From assembly GCA_039194325.1 (NCBI GenBank), contig JBCCWC010000007.1, positions 82,611 through 146,610 of the forward strand: a DNA stretch of 64,000 nucleotides, written 5' to 3'. This stretch comes from Myxococcota bacterium. Lineage in GTDB: Bacteria > Myxococcota_A > Polyangia > Nannocystales > Nannocystaceae. This document shows, in pieces, positions 47,215-55,884 of this stretch (the first letter of the stretch is position 1; every line of letters starts with the position of its first letter). Below the pieces are notes generated by a model that was not told where the DNA came from, did not search any database, and was given only the letters and a program-made list of their open reading frames with translations. The position numbers were made by a program, and so were the translations under genes.

Positions 47215-50124
47215 ATGAAACACGAGGTCGAGCAAGACTCGGGGCACGTGACCGAGGACCTCGACACCGCCAAGCTCGCGGCGGAGCCCGATTCGGCCGA
47301 ATTGCGCCGGTTTGCCGCGCTCGGGGATGCCCCCGAGCGCTCGCCTGCCCGGCGGTTGGCCCCGGGCACGAGAGTGGGCGCGTCATTCGACATCGTCGAG
47401 GTGGTCGGCGAGGGCGGGATGGGCGTGGTCTACCGGGCGATCGACGTGCGGCTGGGCCGACACGTGGCGCTCAAGCTCCACCACGCCCCGAGCCAGGGGA
47501 CCGAGCGATTGCTTCGAGAGGCCACCTCGATGGCTCAGCTTTCGCACCCCAACGTCGCCACCGTACACGAGATCGGGACCCACGAGGGGATGCTGTTCAT
47601 CGCGATGGAGTTCGTCGATGGGACCACCGCTCGTCGCTGGGCCACGGCCGAGGGTCGCAGCGCGAGCGAGGTGATCGCCCTTTATCACCAGGCCGGGCAA
47701 GGACTGGCGGCAGTCCATGCCGCGGGGCTGATCCATCGCGACTTCAAGCCCGAGAACGTCCTCGTTGATGCGGACGGAGTGCCGCGAGTCGCCGACTTCG
47801 GCCTGGCCCGCGCGCAGGGCAACGTCACCCTCGCCGAGAGCCCCGACTTGCCCTTTGGTTCGGCGAGTGCCGAACCGCTGACGGTCACGGGCACGGTCCT
47901 GGGCACGCCGGCCTATATGGCTCTGGAGCAGATCGACGGACGAGAGGTCGACGCCGCGGCCGATCAATTCGCGTTCGCGATCTCGCTGTTCGAGGCGCTC
48001 TATGGCCGGCGGCCGTTCCCGGAGGCATCCATGCCCATGCGAACGAGGGCCATCCAGGAGGGGCGTTTCGAGCTACCCGCGCGTCCTCGCATCCCGGCTC
48101 GGGTGCGTCGTGTGCTCCGGCGAGCGCTGGCCGCCGAGCCCCATCAGCGCTTCGCCTCGATGGACGATCTCTTGGCCGCGCTAGGCCCTGATCCCCGCGC
48201 GGGCCGCCGGCGCATGGGGCTCGTCGGCGTGGCCTCGGCGATCTCTGCGGCGGGGTTGGTAGCCATAACCCTCGCAGAAGATCCCGATGACATCGTGGAG
48301 CGCTGCGCAGCCGCGACTGACGGGATCGAGCACGGATGGGACCGCCGCAGGTCCGAGGTTGAACAAGCCTTCGGCCAGTTCGACCAACCATGGGTGAGGC
48401 GAACCCTCGGGGTGGCGAGCACGAGCCTCGATGCGCACCAGCAGGGGCTCCACGAAGGTCTGATGCAGGCATGTGAGGCCCGCGCGCGAGCCTCCATGTC
48501 CCCCGACGATCTCGACCGCCGCGATGAATGCCTGCGCCGTGTGGGCGAACGTGCGGACGCGGTGGTGGATCTGTTGACCACCATAGACCTCCCCATCGCG
48601 GCCAACGCCCCGCAAATGGTGGCGGGGCTCCCCCAAGCTGCTCCTTGTGCCGATCCTGTTCACCTCGCGGCCACGATCGACTCGCTCGACCCGGCGCTGC
48701 TCGCGAGCCATCAAGACGCCCACGCGCACTACGCCCGGGCCATCGCCCACTACCACGCCGGCCAGGGCGCCGAGGCTCGCGCCGACGTCCGACAGGCTCG
48801 CGACGCGGTCGCGTCGCAAGATAGCCTCGCGTTCGCCGCCCCGATCCTGCTGCTCGACGGCGCACTGATGAACCGTGAGGGGAAGCGCGCCGAGGCCGAA
48901 GCGAACTATGAGCAGGCTTTCTTCGCCGCGCGGCGGGTGGGCGACTGGACGGCAACGACCCTGGCCGCCACGCGGTTGGTGTCGGTACTCGTGGACGACC
49001 CCGAGCGCTGGAACGAGGCCGAGCTGTGGAGCAAGATCGCCATCAGTGAGGCGCAATTGCATGATGCCGGGGGCGTGTACGAGGTACAGGCGCGCACTCA
49101 GGCCGCGCGAGTCGACCAGGAGCGGGGCCACTACCAACAAGCCCTGCACAAACACCAGGACACGATCGCGCTGTTGGAGCACAGCGGCGCCTCTCCCTTC
49201 GAGCAGTCCAACGTGTGGACCGAAATCGGGACCGTCGTGGATCAACTCGGCGAGCATGCACAGGCGCTCGAGTACTATCGGCGGGGGCTCGAGACGGTCG
49301 AGTCCGTCTTCGGATCCGACCACCCCGCGCTGGTACCAGACTTGAACAATATCGCGCTGACGCACGCCGCCCTCGGTCACGCGAAGGAGGCGATGGACGC
49401 CATGGACCGGGCGCTGCCCATCGTACGCGCGAACATTGGCCCCCAGAGCCTGACGATGTCCCACAATCTACTCAACGCCGGAGTCGCCTACGCCACCGGC
49501 GACCAATTCGAAGAGGCGACGGAGCTGTATCGCGAGTCGCTGCGCATCCTCGAGGAGCGCCTCGGAGCCGATCACGCGATGACCGCGACGATACACACCA
49601 GCCTCTCGGTGGCCCTCAAGGCGCTCGGGAAGGACCAGGAAGCCGTGGAGCACGCCCGCCAAGCGGTCGAGCGGTCCGAGCAAGCAATGGGCGCCGAGCA
49701 TCCAGAGACGGCCAACGTCCTGTCCAACCTCGCTGACGCGATGATGCCCCAGGATCCTCAGGGAGCCCGGCGCCATTCTGACCGGGCCATAGAGATCCTG
49801 CGTCATCATGCTCCAAGCAGCAGCGAGATGACCGTGGCACGCATCGTCAACGGCAAGATCCATCTGGCCCTCGGCCTCCACGACAACGCCGCCGACGTGC
49901 TTGGCCCGGTGCTCGTGACGTTCGCGGACACCGGCCAGCGAGGGATGCACCTGGCCCAAGCGCAGCACTTCCTCGGCATGGCCCTGCTCGCGGGGGCCGA
50001 CCCCGAACGGGGCGCGCAGCTGCTCGAGGCGAGCGCCGGCGAGTACGACTCTTTGGGCGAACGCTACGCCGACGACGCACGAGCCGTGCGAGCGATCCTC
50101 TCCGGGCTGCGAGCGGACCCGTGA
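47215..50124 (+). CDS. Membrane Ser/Thr kinase with extracytoplasmic TPRs
   Basis: GEGGMGVVY, VALK, HRDFKPEN, DFG, GTPAYMALE, one TM, TPR array. Confidence 0.95.
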   Translation: MKHEVEQDSGHVTEDLDTAKLAAEPDSAELRRFAALGDAPERSPARRLAPGTRVGASFDIVEVVGEGGMGVVYRAIDVRLGRHVALKLHHAPSQGTERLLREATSMAQLSHPNVATVHEIGTHEGMLFIAMEFVDGTTARRWATAEGRSASEVIALYHQAGQGLAAVHAAGLIHRDFKPENVLVDADGVPRVADFGLARAQGNVTLAESPDLPFGSASAEPLTVTGTVLGTPAYMALEQIDGREVDAAADQFAFAISLFEALYGRRPFPEASMPMRTRAIQEGRFELPARPRIPARVRRVLRRALAAEPHQRFASMDDLLAALGPDPRAGRRRMGLVGVASAISAAGLVAITLAEDPDDIVERCAAATDGIEHGWDRRRSEVEQAFGQFDQPWVRRTLGVASTSLDAHQQGLHEGLMQACEARARASMSPDDLDRRDECLRRVGERADAVVDLLTTIDLPIAANAPQMVAGLPQAAPCADPVHLAATIDSLDPALLASHQDAHAHYARAIAHYHAGQGAEARADVRQARDAVASQDSLAFAAPILLLDGALMNREGKRAEAEANYEQAFFAARRVGDWTATTLAATRLVSVLVDDPERWNEAELWSKIAISEAQLHDAGGVYEVQARTQAARVDQERGHYQQALHKHQDTIALLEHSGASPFEQSNVWTEIGTVVDQLGEHAQALEYYRRGLETVESVFGSDHPALVPDLNNIALTHAALGHAKEAMDAMDRALPIVRANIGPQSLTMSHNLLNAGVAYATGDQFEEATELYRESLRILEERLGADHAMTATIHTSLSVALKALGKDQEAVEHARQAVERSEQAMGAEHPETANVLSNLADAMMPQDPQGARRHSDRAIEILRHHAPSSSEMTVARIVNGKIHLALGLHDNAADVLGPVLVTFADTGQRGMHLAQAQHFLGMALLAGADPERGAQLLEASAGEYDSLGERYADDARAVRAILSGLRADP

Positions 50125-50143
50125 AAGCGGTATCCTCCTTGCC

Positions 50144-50785
50144 GTGGACTCGACCCCTCAGCGTGAGGCCGTCGACGCTGCCGTCCGGCAGGCCTGTGAG
50201 GCCAGCGATCCGGCGGCGGCCACCCGCCGAGTGCTCGAGGCGTATGGACCCGAGCTCCTCGGGTACCTGGTGGCGATCACCCACCAAGAAGACCTGGCCA
50301 ACGAGGCGTTCTCGGTTTTCTGCGAACACCTGTGGCGTGGGCTCTCTGGTTTTCGTTGGGAGTCCAGCCTCCGCACGTGGTGCTATGTAATTGCCCGCAA
50401 CGCCCTTCACACCGTACGGCGCTCGTCCCGACGTCACCGGCGACTGGTGCCTCTGTCCGACGCGGGGGTGGCGGATGTCGCCGCTCAGCTACGCTCCACC
50501 ACCGCGCTGCACCTCAAGACCGAGGTCAAAGATGCCGTCGCCCGCCTCCGCCAGAAGCTGCCTGCCAAGGATCAGGACATCCTGGTGCTGCGGCTCGGTC
50601 GGAAGATGTCTTGGTTGGACATCGCCCGCGTGATGCACGATGCGGACGCTCCTGAGCCCGCGACCCTCAAGCGAGAGGCGGCCCGCCTTCGCAAGCGCTT
50701 CGAGCGAGCCAAGTCCGCACTCAAGATCCTGATCCGCGAGCACGGGCTCGATCTCGCGCCAGACGACGATCGATCTAGCGGCTAG
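50144..50785 (+). CDS. ECF sigma-70 factor (myxobacterial kinase-associated type)
   Basis: YGPELLGYL, FRWESSLRTWCYVIARN, SWLDIA, LRKRFERAK. Confidence 0.9.
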   Translation: MDSTPQREAVDAAVRQACEASDPAAATRRVLEAYGPELLGYLVAITHQEDLANEAFSVFCEHLWRGLSGFRWESSLRTWCYVIARNALHTVRRSSRRHRRLVPLSDAGVADVAAQLRSTTALHLKTEVKDAVARLRQKLPAKDQDILVLRLGRKMSWLDIARVMHDADAPEPATLKREAARLRKRFERAKSALKILIREHGLDLAPDDDRSSG

Positions 50786-50807
50786 ACCATATGGAGTGAC
50801 CGGCCCT

Positions 50808-50848
50808 CGCCGGGTGCCGCGGAGGATCGTGCCGAGGGTGTACTGAGG
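50808..50848 (+). repeat. Direct repeat copy 2 (orphan copy of the reductase 3' end)
   Basis: CGCCGGGTGCCGCGGAGGATCGTGCCGAGGGTGTACTGAGG; weaker similarity continues to AACGAGACGG (~50900 vs ~46730). Confidence 0.9.
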
Positions 50849-50961
50849 GCGCGGGCAAGCGTTCGGGCAAACGGAGCGCGTCACCAACACAACGAGACGG
50901 CGCAAGAACTTCCGGGTTTCCCTGGAGCGTCGAGCCTCACAGACGTTATCCTCACGCGTCC

Positions 50962-51534
50962 ATGCGGACCTGCTTCGAGCTCACGCTTTGCACCGTCCTG
51001 CTCCTATCGTGCGAGAGCAAGACTCCCTCGGAGAATCGCGTATCGGAGGTCAAGCATCCGAGCAAGAAGGTGCCGGCCATCGCCAGGGAACCCCCACCGC
51101 CCGATCCGGCGCATCCGATGCAGAGGCTCCCCCATAGCAAGGGGCAGACGCTCTACGTGCCCGTGTACTCGAGCTTGCCCCGGCTCCCCGAACGACCCGA
51201 CGACGAGCTGAGCGCGGTCCTGAGCGTCCGCAACACCGACCGCGGCACGTCGCTGACCGTGCAGAGCATCGACTACTACGATACCGAAGGACATGCGCTC
51301 GAGCCGGTGATCTCGGAGCCAACCCCCCTCGCGGCGCTGGAATCGCGGCAGTTCTTGATCCGTCAGGTCGATCAGCGAGGAGGAGCGGGCGCCAACTTCC
51401 TCGTGACCTGGACCGCTACCGAGCCAGTGACCGAGCCGATCGTCGAGACCGTCCACTTCTTCAATAGAGGGAACCGAGCCTTTGCGTTCGTGGGACGGGC
51501 TCGGGTCATCGAACAAGCCGCCGATCCCCCGTAG
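50962..51534 (+). CDS. DUF3124-family lipoprotein
   Basis: Lipobox LLS-C; GQTLYVPVYS, LSVRNTD, YYDTEG, GGAGANFLVTW. Confidence 0.88.
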   Translation: MRTCFELTLCTVLLLSCESKTPSENRVSEVKHPSKKVPAIAREPPPPDPAHPMQRLPHSKGQTLYVPVYSSLPRLPERPDDELSAVLSVRNTDRGTSLTVQSIDYYDTEGHALEPVISEPTPLAALESRQFLIRQVDQRGGAGANFLVTWTATEPVTEPIVETVHFFNRGNRAFAFVGRARVIEQAADPP

Positions 51535-51583
51535 CCCCGCGGGCGCGGGAACGGTCGCACCACCGCCTCGCAACGGCCCGTGA

Positions 51584-52549
51584 TCATCCGGGCGTGGCGG
51601 CCAGCATTCCCTTGGGCACGGCCCAGCGCCGGGCCGCGCGAACCAACTCGCCGGTGCCCCCCGCGAAGTTACGCTCGACCGTCGCACGAAAGCGGGGATG
51701 CTCGAGGCCCGCCAGGATGAACGCCTCGCGGTAGGCCGCGACCTGGACCTCACGCCAGCGCTCGCGTTCCGTATCGTCGAGCGTCCCACCGCTACGCTCG
51801 AAGGCTTCGATGTCTAGCTCGACCTGATCACGAAACGCTCGCTTCAGCCGACGCATGATCCGCAGGTAGCCTCGCACCCCCTCGCGTAGATCATCTTCGG
51901 ACTGACCCACCACCATCTTCTCGATGATCAAGGTGTCGATCCGCGCGTGTTGAGCCTCCTCGATCCAGTGAAAGCGCAGCATGTTCCGAAACTGAGCGTC
52001 GATGTCTACGCTGGCCCGCACGCTGCGGAGGTAGTGCTCCTGGGTCATCCACTCGATGTGGAGCACGGCCAAGGACAGCGCCAGGGGATGCTCGGCCAGG
52101 ATCGAGCCCGCGATGTCGTCCTGGGGCCCGATGACCTCACAGACCGAGCCAAAACCGAACCCAAAGGCTTCGGAGAAGCGCTCGAAGAGCGCGATGTGCT
52201 TGGCCTCCTCCTCTCCGAACTGCATCAACGCCAGCAGCTCCTCGGTGGAATCGTGCAACGAGCGTCCCGCATGGACCATGACAAAGGGCAGGATGAAGCG
52301 CTCGCACAACGCAAAGATCTGAAGGTAAGCGTGGGCTCGGATCTGGTTGGCACACCGCCGCGCCTGTGGATCGGGCAGGCCCAGCGCCTCTACGTGCACG
52401 AGCGTCTCGGGCAGCAGATCACGCTGGAAATCGATCTCGTGGACGCACGTGAGTACCTCGTCGATGTTCCAGCGGGCCTTTTGCGCGTCTGCAATGATGC
52501 TGGCGTATGAAAACCCCACGTTCGACCCGGCTCCTCGCCCGTCGAGCAT
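51584..52549 (-). CDS. Ferritin-like di-iron oxygenase (AurF-like)
   Basis: Two ExxH motifs (EEEAKH, EEAQH) plus IEWMTQEHY. Confidence 0.85.
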   Translation of the reverse strand: MLDGRGAGSNVGFSYASIIADAQKARWNIDEVLTCVHEIDFQRDLLPETLVHVEALGLPDPQARRCANQIRAHAYLQIFALCERFILPFVMVHAGRSLHDSTEELLALMQFGEEEAKHIALFERFSEAFGFGFGSVCEVIGPQDDIAGSILAEHPLALSLAVLHIEWMTQEHYLRSVRASVDIDAQFRNMLRFHWIEEAQHARIDTLIIEKMVVGQSEDDLREGVRGYLRIMRRLKRAFRDQVELDIEAFERSGGTLDDTERERWREVQVAAYREAFILAGLEHPRFRATVERNFAGGTGELVRAARRWAVPKGMLAATPG

Positions 52550-52580
52550 AGCAGGCCCTACGCGTTATCATCACGAAAGG

Positions 52581-54230
52581 ATGGCGGTTCCCGTGTCCGA
52601 CGACAACAACGAGGCCGCGGGTCCCGAAGCGACCCCGATGAGCCATCGAGGCGCCTCCGCCCAAGAGCGTGAGCTGTCCCGCGAGCTGGTACGTGCCAAG
52701 CTTCAGCTCGGCGCAGCCCCCTCACCGTCGATCGGTCGCTACCGGCTGATCCGCGCGCTGGGTCGCGGTGGAATGGGCGTGGTGATGGCCGCCCACGATC
52801 CCGAGCTCGATCGTGAGATCGCCATCAAGGTGCTGCACTCCGGCCGGGGCCCCGGCAGCGAGACCGCGGCGCGCCGGCTGATGCGAGAGGCACGCTCGAT
52901 CGCTCGGGTCTCTCACCCCAACGTGGTGCAGGTCCACGATACCGGGGTGCACGAAGGACGGGTCTACGTGGTGATGGAGTACGTGCCGGGCATGTCGCTG
53001 CGTCGCTGGAGCACCCACGGCCACGAGACCCACGAGGTCATCGAGATGCTGCTAGCGGCAGGACGCGGGCTCATGGCCGCCCACCAAGCGGGCGTGATCC
53101 ACCGCGATTTCAAGCCGGCCAACGTGCTGGTGGGCACGGATCATCGCCCCCGTGTGGTCGACTTTGGCCTGGCCCGACCGCTGGACGACCCCGCGCTCCC
53201 CGAGGACGAGATCGTCACCCTCGATCTAAACGCGACCTCGGTGCTGACAACGGCCACCGGCGCGGTGATGGGCACGCCCGCCTATATGGCGCCGGAACAA
53301 TTCGTGGGATCCGAGGCGAGCCCTCGTAGCGACCAGTTCGCCTTCTGCGTCACCCTGTTCGAAGCCCTGCTGGGGCGGCGGCCCTTCCCCGGCAATACCT
53401 TCACCGAGATCTGCAACGCAGTGCTGCACAGCGGGCTACGGTTTCCACCCGAGGCTCAGTCGCTACCCGAGGCGCTACGCCAGGTCATCGCTCGTGGGCT
53501 CCGCCGTCGTCGCTCGGAGCGCTTCCCCGACATGGCCTCGCTGCTGCACGCGATCGAACGCTCGGTGGGCTCACCGCGCAAGGCTTCCCCCATTCCCGCG
53601 CCCCGCGTGTCCCATGCCGAGCAGCGCGAGCGATTTCCCCGCCTGCGTACCTACCTCGAAGGGCTGCCCGACGGAGCCAGCAGCCACCACGAGTGCACCA
53701 TGGCGGCCCGGATCCTGCGGCTGGCCCTGGCCCACCATCCGATCGACCAGACCCAAATGCTCCCGCCCGCGGTGGCGACCTTGCTCCGCTCGACGCTCAC
53801 CGACGCGGAGTGGATCCCCGAGGTCCACGCTCGCATCGTCCTCACCGTGGTCCGCGACCTTCACTTTCCGGCTGGACCCGCCGGCAACGACCAGTGGATG
53901 CGCATGCTGGGCCGGATCTACCAAGCGGTGATGAGCATGGGATTCTTCGGCTTCGCGATGCCTTCGGCCAACTCGTCGCGGCTGCTGGCCGCCTCGCTCC
54001 GACTATGGCAAGGCCTGCACCGCGGGACACTCATCGAGATCGAGCAAGCGGCCAAAAGCCGCGCGGTGCTCTACATGGAGCACCCCACCGGACTGCTCGG
54101 CGGGCTCGGCCCCCCCGAGGTGCTCAGCGCGGTGCAAGCTGCGATGTCGATGTCCCGGGTCGAGTACACGGATGCACGAGTGCTAGAGGCCAAGCCCACG
54201 TCGCTACGCTTCGAACTTCACTGGGCCTGA
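52581..54230 (+). CDS. Cytoplasmic Ser/Thr kinase with myxobacterial C-terminal sensor-like domain
   Basis: GRGGMGVV, HRDFKPAN, DFG, APE; no TM; C-terminal domain WIPEVH...WQGLHRGT (DUF2378-like). Confidence 0.9.
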   Translation: MAVPVSDDNNEAAGPEATPMSHRGASAQERELSRELVRAKLQLGAAPSPSIGRYRLIRALGRGGMGVVMAAHDPELDREIAIKVLHSGRGPGSETAARRLMREARSIARVSHPNVVQVHDTGVHEGRVYVVMEYVPGMSLRRWSTHGHETHEVIEMLLAAGRGLMAAHQAGVIHRDFKPANVLVGTDHRPRVVDFGLARPLDDPALPEDEIVTLDLNATSVLTTATGAVMGTPAYMAPEQFVGSEASPRSDQFAFCVTLFEALLGRRPFPGNTFTEICNAVLHSGLRFPPEAQSLPEALRQVIARGLRRRRSERFPDMASLLHAIERSVGSPRKASPIPAPRVSHAEQRERFPRLRTYLEGLPDGASSHHECTMAARILRLALAHHPIDQTQMLPPAVATLLRSTLTDAEWIPEVHARIVLTVVRDLHFPAGPAGNDQWMRMLGRIYQAVMSMGFFGFAMPSANSSRLLAASLRLWQGLHRGTLIEIEQAAKSRAVLYMEHPTGLLGGLGPPEVLSAVQAAMSMSRVEYTDARVLEAKPTSLRFELHWA

Positions 54231-54305
54231 GCCCGTCCGGCCCTTGGGGGCGCCATCCTGTACCGCACCTCACTCCGACCTGACCTATGGGGGAGTAAAA
54301 AGGCG

Positions 54306-54349
54306 TTGACAAATCCCGCGGACCTGCTAACCGTGGCAGGATATCCTGC
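54306..54349 (+). promoter_or_regulatory. Putative promoter and palindromic operator
   Basis: TTGACA at 54306-54311, weak -10 (TGCTAACCGT); perfect palindrome GCAGGATATCCTGC at 54336-54349. Confidence 0.45.
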
Positions 54350-54385
54350 GACAAAGACCTTCAGCCTGATGGACAACGATCAATT

Positions 54386-55177
54386 TTGATAGGTTTGGAC
54401 GTGCCCAAAGGCAAGAACGACGACGGCGGATCAACCAACGTCGCTGACGACGATTCCGAGTTCGTTCTCGGGGTCGAAGGCCCGGGGATTGAACCCAAGT
54501 CCTTCGACGTCCCCCGCACCCTCGACTTCATCCAAGCGTTCTTGAGTCTTGTCGAGTCCATGACTGACGAAGGGGCTCTTCCGATCGACGGTATGCGAGT
54601 CAGTGATGGTTCGGTGGAATTTACATTTCAGTCCTCCAATGCCCGTGGCCTTCGACTCCTGGCAGAGAAATCGTTTCGTCTCATCGAGGGACGAGAAGAT
54701 CCAATGCACGGTCAAAAAGATCGACTGAAGAGAGTTAGGACTGCCCTGCGAAAACTCCCCAACACCTACGATCCCTTCTTGAAAGAGGGGATAACAGGCT
54801 ATCGCATGAAGTTCCCGCGACACTATCAGGAGCCAGAACAACACATAGAACGCACATCGATCAGAGGGCAGATCCTTGTTGCCGATGGTGACAAGACCAT
54901 AATCAAACTCAAGACAGATGCGGGCATGCTCTCACTACGTACTGATCGACCGACAGTCGAGAGGGCCGGCTCTTCCCTCTACCGCCATATCGATGCGGAG
55001 GTTGAAATCACCTACATAGGATCTACACCAAAGGACGGAAAGCTAGTTTCATACGATTTGGTACCACAATTGACCCCAGACCAAGAACTCAGCGAGTGGA
55101 GATCCTGGTTTTCCAGAGTTGGCGCGGGATGGGACACCGTTGATGATATCGAAGCCGAACTCCGCAAGGACAAGTAG
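54386..55177 (+). CDS. Hypothetical protein, lower GC; PIN-gene partner
   Basis: 263-aa ORF with atypical codon usage; start could be GTG 54401; 16 nt before the PIN gene ATG. Confidence 0.75.
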   Translation: MIGLDVPKGKNDDGGSTNVADDDSEFVLGVEGPGIEPKSFDVPRTLDFIQAFLSLVESMTDEGALPIDGMRVSDGSVEFTFQSSNARGLRLLAEKSFRLIEGREDPMHGQKDRLKRVRTALRKLPNTYDPFLKEGITGYRMKFPRHYQEPEQHIERTSIRGQILVADGDKTIIKLKTDAGMLSLRTDRPTVERAGSSLYRHIDAEVEITYIGSTPKDGKLVSYDLVPQLTPDQELSEWRSWFSRVGAGWDTVDDIEAELRKDK

Positions 55178-55193
55178 CCAAAGGCGAATTTGA

Positions 55194-55659
55194 ATGTTCA
55201 GCCTTCCACCGCGCTGCCTCATCGATACGGGCATAATCATCCGAGCGTTCGGTTCGGCGGCAAGATGACCGGTCTGAGGATTGCCGTCGGTTTGTAGATG
55301 AGATGGTATACTCAGATCGTGAGATATTCATTGCCGCGCCGTCGATAGCCGAAGTCGTCAGGGGGAACACCTCCTTTCGCTTTCCGCCCACCCCAAAGAT
55401 AAGCGTCGTAGCTTTCGATGGCGCAGCAGCGGAATTGCTCGGACGCAAGATGCCTGAGCAGGTCCTCTATGATATCAAGACCAACGTCGGCTCCACACAT
55501 GGCTATATCAAATACGATGCAATGATCGTCGCCTGTGCAGCTCGCTGGAATACTGGATGCATCGTTCATCTGGATGAAAAGCACATCCCTAAACTCGCGG
55601 CTCTTGTCGAGTTGGACGCGAGGACACCGCAATCACTCAAATCTCCCCCACCCGAGTAA
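55194..55659 (+). pseudogene. PIN-domain (VapC-like) nuclease with a frameshift near 55250
   Basis: ATG 55194 gives CLIDTGIII then stops; the adjacent frame carries IAAPSIAEV, KYDAMIVA, HLDEKH. Confidence 0.75.
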
Positions 55660-55884
55660 GCCGGACCTCGTGCATCGGATGAAAACGGACCTACGTAGCG
55701 AAGCTGCATGACCGACGAGGGAGTCCGAGGTTGCTCGGTCTTCGAGCTCTAAGTTGCGGCTGTTTGCCCCCACGCCATGCCCCCCGTGGGGTCTTCGAGC
55801 CTCGAACGCCCGGAGACTCGAGAGCAAAGCAGCCCACCTACATTTCCTTCACCCGGTTCGACGACGGCCCGCATCACGTTGGGC

